Origin: a virus
DNA: 64,000 bases
Reading direction: 5' to 3' (one strand)
Virus record (IMG/VR): IMGVR_UViG_3300045988_098585
Below, one piece after another: positions 42,552 to 50,860 of this stretch. Position numbers and translations under genes: made by a program. Below the pieces are notes generated by a model that worked only from the letters and a program-made list of their open reading frames with translations, was not told where the DNA came from and made no database searches. Each line of letters begins with the position of its first letter. Position 1 is the first letter of the stretch.

Positions 42552-43241
42552 TTACTCTGGTTTCGGAGCATTTCGCTCAGAGTAGCCTTGCATTGCCTTG
42601 ATAAAATCATTCTGCTCATCTGCCTTAGAGGTTGCTTTCGGTGCTTCCACGTACTGACCACTTGACACAAGCCCCTGTTTGAGTGCAGTCCACTCGTCAG
42701 TAATCTTCTGTACTGTAGCATCGAGATTTTCCTCCTTGTCGAGCTGATAACGTGTACGGAATACTTCAGGAATGTCCTTCAGTTTTTCGTTGCCTTGCAA
42801 AAGGCTCGTCAAGCGTGCCTTTTCTTCTCTTTCCTTGTAAGGAGCAATAGCTTGTGCTACGGCATCAGAAATAGCTTTCTGACTATTTGCACTCGCTTCG
42901 GCAATCATCTGCTGAACTTGCTCTTGTGTAAGTCCTGTTGGAGGTACTGGAGGTGTAGGAGGAACTGGCGGAGTAGGCTTATTGTTAGGGTCGTTAGGGT
43001 CAATCCAGCCATCGAATTTCTTCGTTGTTTCGCTGACCGCACGATTGAATGATGATTGCATCATACCAACATAAGGTTCAACTGCCGTGATAGCACTCGT
43101 TACATCCTCGTCCTTTGACTCATCTGTTAGACCTCGACTTGCAATAATCAGGTCAACCAGCTTTGAAAGTTCGTCCTTCTTCAAACCATACTTTGCAAAT
43201 GATGTTTTGGCAGAAGTAAGCACTTTGTCTTTTATTGCCAT
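42552..43241 (-). CDS. scaffolding-like protein
   Basis: Trimmed to ATG 43241 (track start is a TTG). Helical, with a PTPPVPPTPPVPP linker. First gene after the late promoter. Confidence 0.45.
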   Translation of the reverse strand: MAIKDKVLTSAKTSFAKYGLKKDELSKLVDLIIASRGLTDESKDEDVTSAITAVEPYVGMMQSSFNRAVSETTKKFDGWIDPNDPNNKPTPPVPPTPPVPPTGLTQEQVQQMIAEASANSQKAISDAVAQAIAPYKEREEKARLTSLLQGNEKLKDIPEVFRTRYQLDKEENLDATVQKITDEWTALKQGLVSSGQYVEAPKATSKADEQNDFIKAMQGYSERNAPKPE

Positions 43242-43286
43242 AGTAATTTTCTGTTTAAACGTTATACTTAAAAATGATTCTGCTTG

Positions 43287-43294
43287 CAAAATTA
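43287..43294 (-). promoter_or_regulatory. -7 box TAATTTTG upstream of the head-tail operon
   Basis: The minus strand reads ATATTAATTTTGCAAG, with the box ending 45 nt upstream of ATG 43241. Confidence 0.55.
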
Positions 43295-43407
43295 ATATTT
43301 CTAATAAATAATGAATAGAAATTATTAATAGTTGTGTAAACAATTGCGATTTAGGCGATTTTCTTGCGGTCTAAGCGGTTTTCTTTTAGTTTATATATAG
43401 TTATTAA

Positions 43408-43457
43408 GAAACAAAAATAAAAGGCAAGATAACCGATATTCTTGGTTACTTTGCCTT
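43408..43457 (-). terminator. strong rho-independent terminator ending the leftward early operon
   Basis: The minus strand reads AAGGCAAAGTAACC..(9)..GGTTATCTTGCCTT followed by TTATTTTTGTTTC. Overlaps the stop codon at 43446. Confidence 0.7.
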
Positions 43458-43805
43458 ACGTAGTATCATATCTATCTTTGCCTTAACCTTCTTCGGATTC
43501 CTGGCATCGTGATTGCTCAATCTCACTACATGATACCCAAGTCGCCATATACCCGAAGAGCGATTACCATCCTTGCGCTTTTGGTCTTTGGTAAAATGAT
43601 AACCACCATCAAGCTCTATTATGGTTTTTATCTCGGGTAGATATATATCTGCGAAGTATAATTTTCTACCTGTGATTATTGGCTGCTGTGGTATTACCTT
43701 ATATCCTAATTGAGTACATATCTTCGCCGCAGCCTTCTCCGCATCTGTTGTATTCGAAAGAAGGTCGCAGCGAATTTGCCTAATTAAAGCCTTCGAGTAT
43801 TTCAT
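43446..43805 (-). CDS. DUF559/Vsr-like endonuclease-fold protein
   Basis: ..KLYFADIYLPEIKTIIELDGGYHFTKDQKRKDGNRSSGIWRLGYHVVRLSNHD is the DUF559 core. Confidence 0.65.
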   Translation of the reverse strand: MKYSKALIRQIRCDLLSNTTDAEKAAAKICTQLGYKVIPQQPIITGRKLYFADIYLPEIKTIIELDGGYHFTKDQKRKDGNRSSGIWRLGYHVVRLSNHDARNPKKVKAKIDMILRKAK

Positions 43806-44326
43806 TTGCCTTTCTTCATCATATCAATCTCATCCTGTAGGTAGAAGATTGCCTTACTCAAATCCTGTATTCTCTGTTCACGTTCTGAAAGGTTCATTTC
43901 CTTCTTACCCTTACGCAAGAGATATTTTACTGCTGAGCCACAGTTAAAGTCAAGGTGTCGGCAAATATCAATCGGCTCTATGCCGCAGAGTTTCTTCAAC
44001 CACGCATAGTGGTCGGGGTGATTAACCATTTCAGCTTTTTCTTCACTAACGATAGTGCCATTTTTCGCAATCACTTCAAACTGAATAGGTATATTCTCTT
44101 GATATGGTTCATTGTATTCATCTTCTATAATATTGCATTCTACAATAGATTTATCTACATTGACAACTTTTAATCTAAGCGGGTACATATTGATAAGCGC
44201 ATATTGACCTTCTCCAATTTTATAGATATACATTTTTATTACACTGCTTGCTGCGCCAATCACTTGATTTGGTTCTATTGGTAATGTAAAAACCAACCCT
44301 TTACGTATCTTCATTGATTCTATCAT
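43802..44326 (-). CDS. protein with C-terminal DUF3310 domain
   Basis: ..VNHPDHYAWLKKLCGIEPIDICRHLDFNCGSAVKYLLRKGKK..DLSKAIFYLQDEI matches DUF3310. Confidence 0.6.
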   Translation of the reverse strand: MIESMKIRKGLVFTLPIEPNQVIGAASSVIKMYIYKIGEGQYALINMYPLRLKVVNVDKSIVECNIIEDEYNEPYQENIPIQFEVIAKNGTIVSEEKAEMVNHPDHYAWLKKLCGIEPIDICRHLDFNCGSAVKYLLRKGKKEMNLSEREQRIQDLSKAIFYLQDEIDMMKKGK

Positions 44327-44347
44327 AATTCTTGCTTTTTAAAAAAT

Positions 44348-44578
44348 TCATCTTATCTCTATTTTGATTTTGTAAATGTCCTTTGGTTTTAATCTATCAG
44401 AACCATTAAGCAATAAATGAGCAATCGTATCTGCTATAGAGTCACTGATAGCTCTTCTTGTATATTCAGAAGAATCCCCATGTTCGTTCTCTTCGTAAAC
44501 ATTTACGAAATCCTTGTTATTATCCGTTACGACAACCCCGTTATCAGCAAATTCTATCTTATAGCTAAGCTTTTCCAT
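44348..44578 (-). CDS. hypothetical protein
   Basis: 76-aa ORF. Confidence 0.45.
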   Translation of the reverse strand: MEKLSYKIEFADNGVVVTDNNKDFVNVYEENEHGDSSEYTRRAISDSIADTIAHLLLNGSDRLKPKDIYKIKIEIR

Positions 44579-44584
44579 AAATTA

Positions 44585-44920
44585 CTATCTATTTGATTTT
44601 GTTTCCTTTTTATCATGTTCTCTCATGTAATACTTTTGCTGGTTAACCATAACTCTTGTGATGGTGTTTTGCATTTTTTCAATCAGAAATCTCGGTGTAT
44701 CAGTATCACGAATTACAACTGGATTCCTGTCATAATGTGCTCTGTACCATTTCTGCGTATAATCGTCGTCAATTCTTACAGATATTACAAACTTAGGAAT
44801 AAAGAGGTCGCTGCGTTTCTTTCTTTTGTATTTGCTCATTTCTTTTGATGGGCATCTATACTCGATATTATTCTTATCCAGCCAGCCCATCAACTTCTTT
44901 AACTTCGTTTCGTTTTTCAT
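44585..44920 (-). CDS. hypothetical protein
   Basis: 111-aa basic ORF. Confidence 0.5.
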   Translation of the reverse strand: MKNETKLKKLMGWLDKNNIEYRCPSKEMSKYKRKKRSDLFIPKFVISVRIDDDYTQKWYRAHYDRNPVVIRDTDTPRFLIEKMQNTITRVMVNQQKYYMREHDKKETKSNR

Positions 44921-44938
44921 TTGAATATCTCTTACAAT

Positions 44939-45382
44939 TTAGTTCTCACCTAACATCTTTTCAACCTCATTATCATAGTCATTCCTCTTAAACCAAGTAG
45001 TGAGGTCAAAGATTACTTCCGTATCCTTTTTCAGAGTTTTGTATTGGCTTAGATAATTTCTACCCGTTACTTTGTTGGCCTTTCTTACTTTATCTAAAAA
45101 CCAAAAGTAATTTTTTAAATATTCCGAATGGAATGTGATTATATCAGCATCTTTGCATTTTTGCATCATAAACAGTATCGCTTCTACAATAACGACTGCT
45201 TTTGAAGCGCAATAGATGTGATTTTTCTCTTTTATCACAACTTCTCCGTTCTTAATGATGATAACCGAAAATTTACCTTTCGCGAAATTTTCTTCATAAT
45301 CACAACTTACGTAGCATTCATATCCAACAAGTTCTTTTGCTGGTGTGAGGTAAGTATCGAGCCAATTTTTCTTTTTCTCCAT
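44939..45382 (-). CDS. hypothetical protein
   Basis: 147-aa ORF. A weak RNase H-like D/E pattern is not convincing. Confidence 0.5.
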   Translation of the reverse strand: MEKKKNWLDTYLTPAKELVGYECYVSCDYEENFAKGKFSVIIIKNGEVVIKEKNHIYCASKAVVIVEAILFMMQKCKDADIITFHSEYLKNYFWFLDKVRKANKVTGRNYLSQYKTLKKDTEVIFDLTTWFKRNDYDNEVEKMLGEN

Positions 45383-45526
45383 TTTGTATCTCCTGTGTTA
45401 TTATATAATCGGGTGGGGCATACGTGCGCCCGTTAGTTAATTTTTTCTTGGGCTGTCGCCCCTATAAGGAAATAAATTTAATTAAAATTCTCATCCCTTA
45501 TTTTATTGTTTTTGATTTTACATAAA

Positions 45527-46324
45527 CTACATTTTTGCCTCCTTTCTTCTCGTACCATGACGAGATAACGATATAGCATCGTCCATCTGCATACGATAGA
45601 TATTTGATTCGACAGAAAATGCGTTTCTGCTTTTTGCACTTATCACAATCACAGAATCGCCAATATCCTTGATAGACATATTAGTTGTACAAGCCTTTGC
45701 ATCGCACCTTATTTCTTTGATTCTTGTGCGCTTGTTGATAATGCCTTTGCCTACAAGTTGATTTGTGACTTTGAACGCTTGGTACATCGTGCCAAAGATA
45801 ACATCCTTTATTCTGTCATAAGATAAACCTTTGTTATCGCAAAATTTCTTCCTCAACATACGACTTTCACGTTTGAGAGCCTTGCGAATAATCTTCGCAT
45901 TTCTCCCATTCGTTCCCTTATTGTGCGTATTGATTACATCCTCTTGCATCCTAACTTGGTTCTCCATGACAATCCTTCTCAAAAGGTTTTTGATGGCAGG
46001 AAATGTCATCTTCGTTAAATCATCCTTGCGAAGCTTATAACTATATCCATCATTTGAATGTATGCTACGTGCAATGTATCTCTTTTTTTCATTCTTTTCT
46101 TCTAAATGTAAATACCCTATCTTGCAACCATATTCAAGCAGTCTCTTTAACTTATTATTATCAATATGCAATAGCTTGGCGCAATGATTGTACGATACAA
46201 GGTTAAGGTCAGATGAGCGGAATAAGAGCTTAATCTTTAGAAGCAAACAGAAGGCATCCAAGCGATTCTTATCGCTCAGAGCAAACTTAGCCTCATTTAT
46301 TCCTATTCTTATTCTTTTCATCAT
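45527..46324 (-). CDS. hypothetical basic protein, possible DNA-binding/replication initiator
   Basis: Trimmed to ATG 46324 (track start is a TTG). First gene of the leftward early operon. Confidence 0.45.
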   Translation of the reverse strand: MMKRIRIGINEAKFALSDKNRLDAFCLLLKIKLLFRSSDLNLVSYNHCAKLLHIDNNKLKRLLEYGCKIGYLHLEEKNEKKRYIARSIHSNDGYSYKLRKDDLTKMTFPAIKNLLRRIVMENQVRMQEDVINTHNKGTNGRNAKIIRKALKRESRMLRKKFCDNKGLSYDRIKDVIFGTMYQAFKVTNQLVGKGIINKRTRIKEIRCDAKACTTNMSIKDIGDSVIVISAKSRNAFSVESNIYRMQMDDAISLSRHGTRRKEAKM

Positions 46325-46465
46325 TATATATAAAGCAAAAACCAAACAGATGAAAGGTACTATCAATCATTCCGTTTGGTTTGTATATAGAACCCTTTCA
46401 CTTGTGTTGATTGGGCGTATATGGTTCTTTCTTAGCTGGAAAATAGTACTTCCCTTTTCATGCCG

Positions 46466-46473
46466 CAAAATTA
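46466..46473 (-). promoter_or_regulatory. leftward early promoter -7 box (TTTTTAATTTTGCGGC)
   Basis: The minus strand matches the extended box of the promoter at 58029. Back-to-back with the rightward promoter 108 bp away. Confidence 0.55.
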
Positions 46474-46556
46474 AAAAGAATTATTCATATAGTGCTTTAA
46501 AATCTCTTAAAAGATAATAGAAAACTAATAATAAATATTAATTTGGGTGATGAAAA

Positions 46557-46636
46557 TTTGTTTATCTGAAAAGTTATTATTAATTTTGCGACATAAAAAT
46601 TAATAACAACAATTAAATATAGGAGATACAAAAATG
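46557..46636 (+). promoter_or_regulatory. promoter-leader cassette, copy A
   Basis: TTTG (46557-60), 20-nt spacer, TAATTTTG (46581-88), then leader ATTAATAACAACAATTAAATATAGGAGATACAAAAATG. About 85% identical to 53541-53621. Confidence 0.7.
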
Positions 46637-46765
46637 GAAAAAGAAAAAGACATGATGAACCCATTAAATTGGGGAGTTAATGAGATTAAAGATGCTTGTG
46701 AGGCATTTCTACTTTCACTCTTTTGTGTATTCGCAATGTATATAACATTATTAATTTTTAGATAA
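46634..46765 (+). CDS. small membrane protein (43 aa)
   Basis: MEKEKDMMNPLNWGVNEIKDACEAFLLSLFCVFAMYITLLIFR starts at the ATG of the conserved leader. Confidence 0.4.
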   Translation: MEKEKDMMNPLNWGVNEIKDACEAFLLSLFCVFAMYITLLIFR

Positions 46766-46766
46766 G

Positions 46767-47045
46767 ATGGAGATAGTAACGACATTTGTTAAGTTTCGTT
46801 GTCCCAAAAGTGCAATGAAGGAGCAATCGCATAATGCTCAGATATTTAATTTTGATGGCAAGAATGGTGAGATAAAAATCTTTGTTCCAAAATCAAAAAT
46901 AATCATTAAAGAGGATTCTGTAAGTGAAAATTTTAATGTCTGCATAATGCCAAAATGGGCTTTCTTCAAGACAAAGAAATTATCATTCTTTGTTGAAATT
47001 TTAGGCGAGACACAACACATGGAGGTTGTAGACGATATAGATTAA
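46767..47045 (+). CDS. hypothetical protein
   Basis: 92-aa ORF. Confidence 0.5.
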   Translation: MEIVTTFVKFRCPKSAMKEQSHNAQIFNFDGKNGEIKIFVPKSKIIIKEDSVSENFNVCIMPKWAFFKTKKLSFFVEILGETQHMEVVDDID

Positions 47046-47088
47046 TTATTATTTTTATATATTCATTTTTAAAAAAGGAGATACAACA

Positions 47089-48063
47089 ATGAACACAATG
47101 GCAATGAATTTGATGGCACAGCCAAAAGTAGCAGAGGTAGCGGTTGCAAAGCAGCCAGAGTTGAAGAGTGACAATAAGAATCAGTTCTTGGATTTTGAGA
47201 CATCCAAGGTACAGATTTTGACAATCGACCAGCTTGAACGCACCGAGAAAGAGAATGATGTGTACGGAAAGCCTTTGAAAGGCATCTATCATTTTGACCT
47301 CATTCATAAGGTGGAAGACTTGTGCGAGAAATACGGCTATAAGGCTGAGATTTACGACCTCTTTGCGGCGAATAACAAAGACCGCAATACTCCAGGTGTT
47401 ACCCGTTTGCCTGAGAAGGAAGCTTTGATGGGTGATAGAGCTGTAGAGGCTCATATCCTTCGCCGAGTATTCTGTAATATCCGCTTGCGTGACTTTGATA
47501 AAGGAGAGGGCAATGATGAGATTACAACCAATATGGCGGTATCATTCCATCAGAAGGGTATTCAGTTAGGTATTGGTAGAAACGTAATTATCTGTCATAA
47601 TCAGTGTATGCTTAGTGCTGAGCATTACGCTGCTACCTACTCAGACCTCAATAGCAGAAGATTAGCTTTCAAGCTCGATGAGCTTCTTCAACGTGCTGAT
47701 GATTGGCTCGCTAATCTAAAAGGTATCATTGATGCCAATGATGAAATGATTGAGCGTATGAAGAATCGTGAGATTAAGGCACAGGAGATGTTTACCATCA
47801 TCGGTATGCTGACCTCGCTCCGTGTTGCTGCCGAGACAAAATACAAGGGCATTCGCAATCTTCAAGTCATCCCTCTTAATCAGGCACAGATTGGTCGATT
47901 GACCGAAAAAATGATGATTGCTTACTACGAGCGCAATGTGGTTACCGCTTGGGATTTGTACAATGCGGCTACCGATATGTATAAGTCAACTCAGCTCGAC
48001 CAGCCAATGATTCTTTCACAGAACTTGGCAATGAGTAGCTTCATTCAGAATAAGTTGATTTAA
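47089..48063 (+). CDS. DUF932-like phage/plasmid protein (tentative)
   Basis: 324 aa. ..AVSFHQKGIQLGIGRNVIICHNQCML.. resembles the DUF932 core. Preceded by AAGGAGATACAACAATG. Confidence 0.45.
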   Translation: MNTMAMNLMAQPKVAEVAVAKQPELKSDNKNQFLDFETSKVQILTIDQLERTEKENDVYGKPLKGIYHFDLIHKVEDLCEKYGYKAEIYDLFAANNKDRNTPGVTRLPEKEALMGDRAVEAHILRRVFCNIRLRDFDKGEGNDEITTNMAVSFHQKGIQLGIGRNVIICHNQCMLSAEHYAATYSDLNSRRLAFKLDELLQRADDWLANLKGIIDANDEMIERMKNREIKAQEMFTIIGMLTSLRVAAETKYKGIRNLQVIPLNQAQIGRLTEKMMIAYYERNVVTAWDLYNAATDMYKSTQLDQPMILSQNLAMSSFIQNKLI

Positions 48064-48104
48064 AGATATAACTACATAAGATTGAATATAGAAAAGTCGA
48101 TAAC

Positions 48105-48145
48105 AAGAGCCATCAAGCCGCCGTGAGGTGTCGGCTCTTTCTTTT
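48105..48145 (+). terminator. rho-independent-type terminator
   Basis: AAGAGCC..GGCTCTT stem followed by TCTTTTAG. Confidence 0.6.
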
Positions 48146-48198
48146 AGGTGTTTTTAGTTACATAAGTTCGTAAATTTATAACGGTTATTCAGTTGCAT

Positions 48199-48377
48199 CC
48201 TACAGCGGTAGGGGTTCCCAAAGAAAACCAATCGCACTGGGTGCGTGGGTTGTATGGTAGTGATACCAAATTATTCTTATCAAATTCAATCCTACAATAG
48301 GATTAGCACAGTTTACTCTGTATAAGCAGCCCTTAATAAGCAGAGGTTGGCGAGGGTTCGATTCCCTCCTTTGGAAC
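48199..48377 (+). ncRNA. structured RNA candidate ending in a tRNA-like T-arm/acceptor
   Basis: Canonical T-arm GAGGG-TTCGATT-CCCTC (48352-48368). Upstream hairpins lie at 48199-212, 48226-251, 48255-268 (GTGA loop), 48288-304 and 48316-345. A long-range helix pairs 48215-223 with 48369-376. No full cloverleaf can be drawn. Confidence 0.35.
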
Positions 48378-48400
48378 TAATTGTTTTTAAAGTAATAATT

Positions 48401-48787
48401 ATGGATAATTTTAACGCAAAATTAAATTTATTAAAGCTCAAAAGAGCTGGTGTTATGCAGATTCAAGGACGTGGCGAAGTTCTTCGGTGTCTGGTTATTC
48501 CTATTGAAGAGAATAATATCTTTGTAAGCACGGATGATAACAATCGTCCAAAGGCTGCTTATCTCGACCTTACCGCTTGGGCACTGCAGAACCCTAAGTA
48601 TGATGAAACTCATATGATTAAGCAGTCGCTACCAAAAGAGGTTCGTGAGAAAATGACAGACGAGGAAAAGAAGGCGATGCCTATTCTTGGTGGCATGAGG
48701 CCAGCGAGCTTCGAGGTTCAGAATGCAGCTACTACTTGTGATGCTCCTTTTGCACAAACGCAGAATTCGGATGATTTGCCATTCTGA
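48401..48787 (+). CDS. hypothetical protein with SSB-type acidic C-terminal tip
   Basis: Trimmed to ATG 48401 (the track TTG start runs through the tRNA-like element). Ends ..QNSDDLPF, like the DDDIPF tail of bacterial SSB. Confidence 0.5.
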   Translation: MDNFNAKLNLLKLKRAGVMQIQGRGEVLRCLVIPIEENNIFVSTDDNNRPKAAYLDLTAWALQNPKYDETHMIKQSLPKEVREKMTDEEKKAMPILGGMRPASFEVQNAATTCDAPFAQTQNSDDLPF

Positions 48788-48839
48788 GTAAAGGTGTTAT
48801 TAGATAATGGTTTTAAATTAGTTTTAGATTATTAGAAAT

Positions 48840-49331
48840 ATGCGTAGTATAACGAGTAATTGGTTTGAGGTAGGAATCCGCTACCAAAAGACCCAAGAAG
48901 ATGGTTCGGAGAAATCTGTGACCGAAAAGTATGCGATTGATGCCTTATCCTTCACGGAAGGTGAGAGCGCAATCACAGAGGAAATGGCTGCTTATATCAG
49001 CGGCGAGTTCAAGGTTAAGTCGATGCAAGAGGCTTCATACAGAGAGGTGTTCTTCTCTGATAAGGATGATGATGATTGCTGGTACAAGGCGAAATTGCAA
49101 TTCATTTCCTTTGATGATAAGTCAAATAAGGAGAAGCGTAGTAACGTGACTTATCTCGTACAGGCAAAGTCTATGCACCGAGCAATAAGTAACATTGATG
49201 AGGTGATGAAAAAGACCATGATAGAATATGAAATCATTGGTCTCAGTAAAACCAACGTGTACGATGTATTCGAACATAAGACAAAGGAGGAGAAGGAACA
49301 GAAGTCTAATGAAGAAAAAAGGGAGGAGTAA
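48840..49331 (+). CDS. DUF4494-like protein
   Basis: ..WFEVGIRYQKTQEDGSEKSVTEKYAIDALSFTEGESAITEEM.. resembles the Bacteroidota DUF4494 opening. Confidence 0.5.
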   Translation: MRSITSNWFEVGIRYQKTQEDGSEKSVTEKYAIDALSFTEGESAITEEMAAYISGEFKVKSMQEASYREVFFSDKDDDDCWYKAKLQFISFDDKSNKEKRSNVTYLVQAKSMHRAISNIDEVMKKTMIEYEIIGLSKTNVYDVFEHKTKEEKEQKSNEEKREE

Positions 49332-49334
49332 AAC

Positions 49335-49868
49335 ATGGCAAGACCTAAAAAAAATGCTGTAGAACAGCCTTTAGGACTGAACGGCGATAAATTATCAACA
49401 GAGAATAATAACGCCCATCAGAGCCAGGAAAATGCGGCTCAGCAGGAAAGTAACGGACAAGTTAAGGAGTCTGAGGAAGATAAAATTCCTTTGGAAGTAA
49501 CAGATGGCGTTCCGTTGCCTATCTATAATAGCAATAATTCGTTTGTTATCTATGCCCCAAACGATATTGAAGCCCATAAAGGACAATTATTAGTAAAGAC
49601 GGGTATTACGCTCAAAGAGGGTTATAGTGGTCTAATTACTCCTATCATAGAGAATGCTCTCCAAGGTATCCCTACGGAAACCGATTATCGTTTACAGCAC
49701 TCTGGCGTAATTTCTACATATGTCAAGGAAGGAGAAGAGGTAAGACTCGTGCTCTCTATTAACGATGAGACAATGATACAAGAGCAAACGAACTTCGGTT
49801 CACGCACTCGCAATCTTATTATTCCGAAAGGTGTTCCGCTCGCTATTCTTCTTGTATATAAATTATAG
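49335..49868 (+). CDS. hypothetical protein (weak dUTPase-fold resemblance)
   Basis: 177 aa. ..FVIYAPNDIEAHKGQLLVKTGITLKEGYSGLITP.. is only loosely dUTPase-like. Confidence 0.35.
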   Translation: MARPKKNAVEQPLGLNGDKLSTENNNAHQSQENAAQQESNGQVKESEEDKIPLEVTDGVPLPIYNSNNSFVIYAPNDIEAHKGQLLVKTGITLKEGYSGLITPIIENALQGIPTETDYRLQHSGVISTYVKEGEEVRLVLSINDETMIQEQTNFGSRTRNLIIPKGVPLAILLVYKL

Positions 49869-49920
49869 TCAAACTTGCGGATGGCATAGAGGGTATGTCA
49901 TCCGCTAAAACCTGAATATA

Positions 49921-50136
49921 ATGAACAATATTGATAAAACAGAAAAGTTAAGAAAGCTGATTGAGATAAATAATGCGTACCGAAAGATTAGGAAAGACAA
50001 TCTCGTCTACGAGGTTGAAATTCATTGTGTTGGCGGTACATACATGATTAAGAATCAGCAGATTAACTCCAAGATTATAGATATGCTTATAAAAGAATCT
50101 CAAAAGCTGATAGAAAGTGAGGCGAATAATGGTTAA
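49921..50136 (+). CDS. hypothetical protein
   Basis: 71-aa ORF. Confidence 0.45.
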   Translation: MNNIDKTEKLRKLIEINNAYRKIRKDNLVYEVEIHCVGGTYMIKNQQINSKIIDMLIKESQKLIESEANNG

Positions 50137-50353
50137 AAAAGTAGTTATTGTTAAGCTCAAAAAGATAAAAAAGGAGGAGGTTTTTCTTACTTGCCCAGAG
50201 ATTTACCTTAAGCACAATAAGGAAGAACTCGGAATATGTCTTAATGCGCTATGGAATGCGCTATCGAAGAATAATGGTCGCTACGAAAATCGTCATTGTG
50301 TGGTCTATTACCGCAATAACGACAAATCATTAAAAACTGTTGTATGGGACTAA
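50129..50353 (+). CDS. hypothetical protein
   Basis: Trimmed to ATG 50129 (MVKKVVIVKL..). Confidence 0.45.
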   Translation: MVKKVVIVKLKKIKKEEVFLTCPEIYLKHNKEELGICLNALWNALSKNNGRYENRHCVVYYRNNDKSLKTVVWD

Positions 50354-50850
50354 AACCGAAAAGAAATGATGGAAAGTTCTGCGTTGTGTATCCGCACTCG
50401 TTGGATGACAACCTTCTCTCTATGTATGCGCAAGGTATGAGTATTCCTGAGATTAGCAAAGAAAAAGGAATGTCATGTGATACAATCAGAAGAAGACTCA
50501 CCTCTAAGGGTGCTAATCTTTCCGCTGTTCGGTATATATCATCTAAGGGTGGGTACAGGAAGAGCGGCCGAAATATTCCATGGACAGACGAAATGGTCAA
50601 AAAACTCATAGAGTTATATCCGACACATACAAACATAGAGATAGCAGAGATTCTTCAATTAACAGAGAGGCAGGTAATAAGAAAAAGCCGTACATTGAAG
50701 CTTTATAAAGATGCCGAATGGTTAAAGAATCGTCACAAAGAACATATCTATCTTGCATCGATAATCAGTCGCAAAAGCAAAAAACATTTTTCCTTTCAAA
50801 AAGGCAATACATACGGAAAGGAGTATTGGGAACGGATAAAATCACTTTAA
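50344..50850 (+). CDS. HTH-containing DNA-binding protein
   Basis: ..MYAQGMSIPEISKEKGMSCDTIRRRL.. and ..NIEIAEILQLTERQVIRKSR.. are two HTH-like segments. Confidence 0.45.
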   Translation: MGLKPKRNDGKFCVVYPHSLDDNLLSMYAQGMSIPEISKEKGMSCDTIRRRLTSKGANLSAVRYISSKGGYRKSGRNIPWTDEMVKKLIELYPTHTNIEIAEILQLTERQVIRKSRTLKLYKDAEWLKNRHKEHIYLASIISRKSKKHFSFQKGNTYGKEYWERIKSL

Positions 50851-50860
50851 AACTTAAAAT

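Noticed and set aside
42512-42721. 69-aa ORF overlapping the 3' end of the scaffold-like gene.
   Set aside because: It sits out of frame inside a better-supported gene and has no start context.
48290-48377. A conventional tRNA gene built around the perfect T-arm at 48352-48368.
   Set aside because: No 5' acceptor strand complementary to CTTTGGA lies within 70-95 nt. The best anticodon-arm candidates lack U33 or have mismatched stems. A D-arm-like GTAT-GGTAGTG-ATAC at 48252-48266 has no matching acceptor. Kept only as a tRNA-like/structured RNA candidate.
48347-48400. Track ORF start (TTG 48347) extending the SSB-like gene through the T-arm.
   Set aside because: The extension (MARVRFPPLELIVFKVII) is just the translated tRNA-like element. 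A proper ATG follows at 48401.
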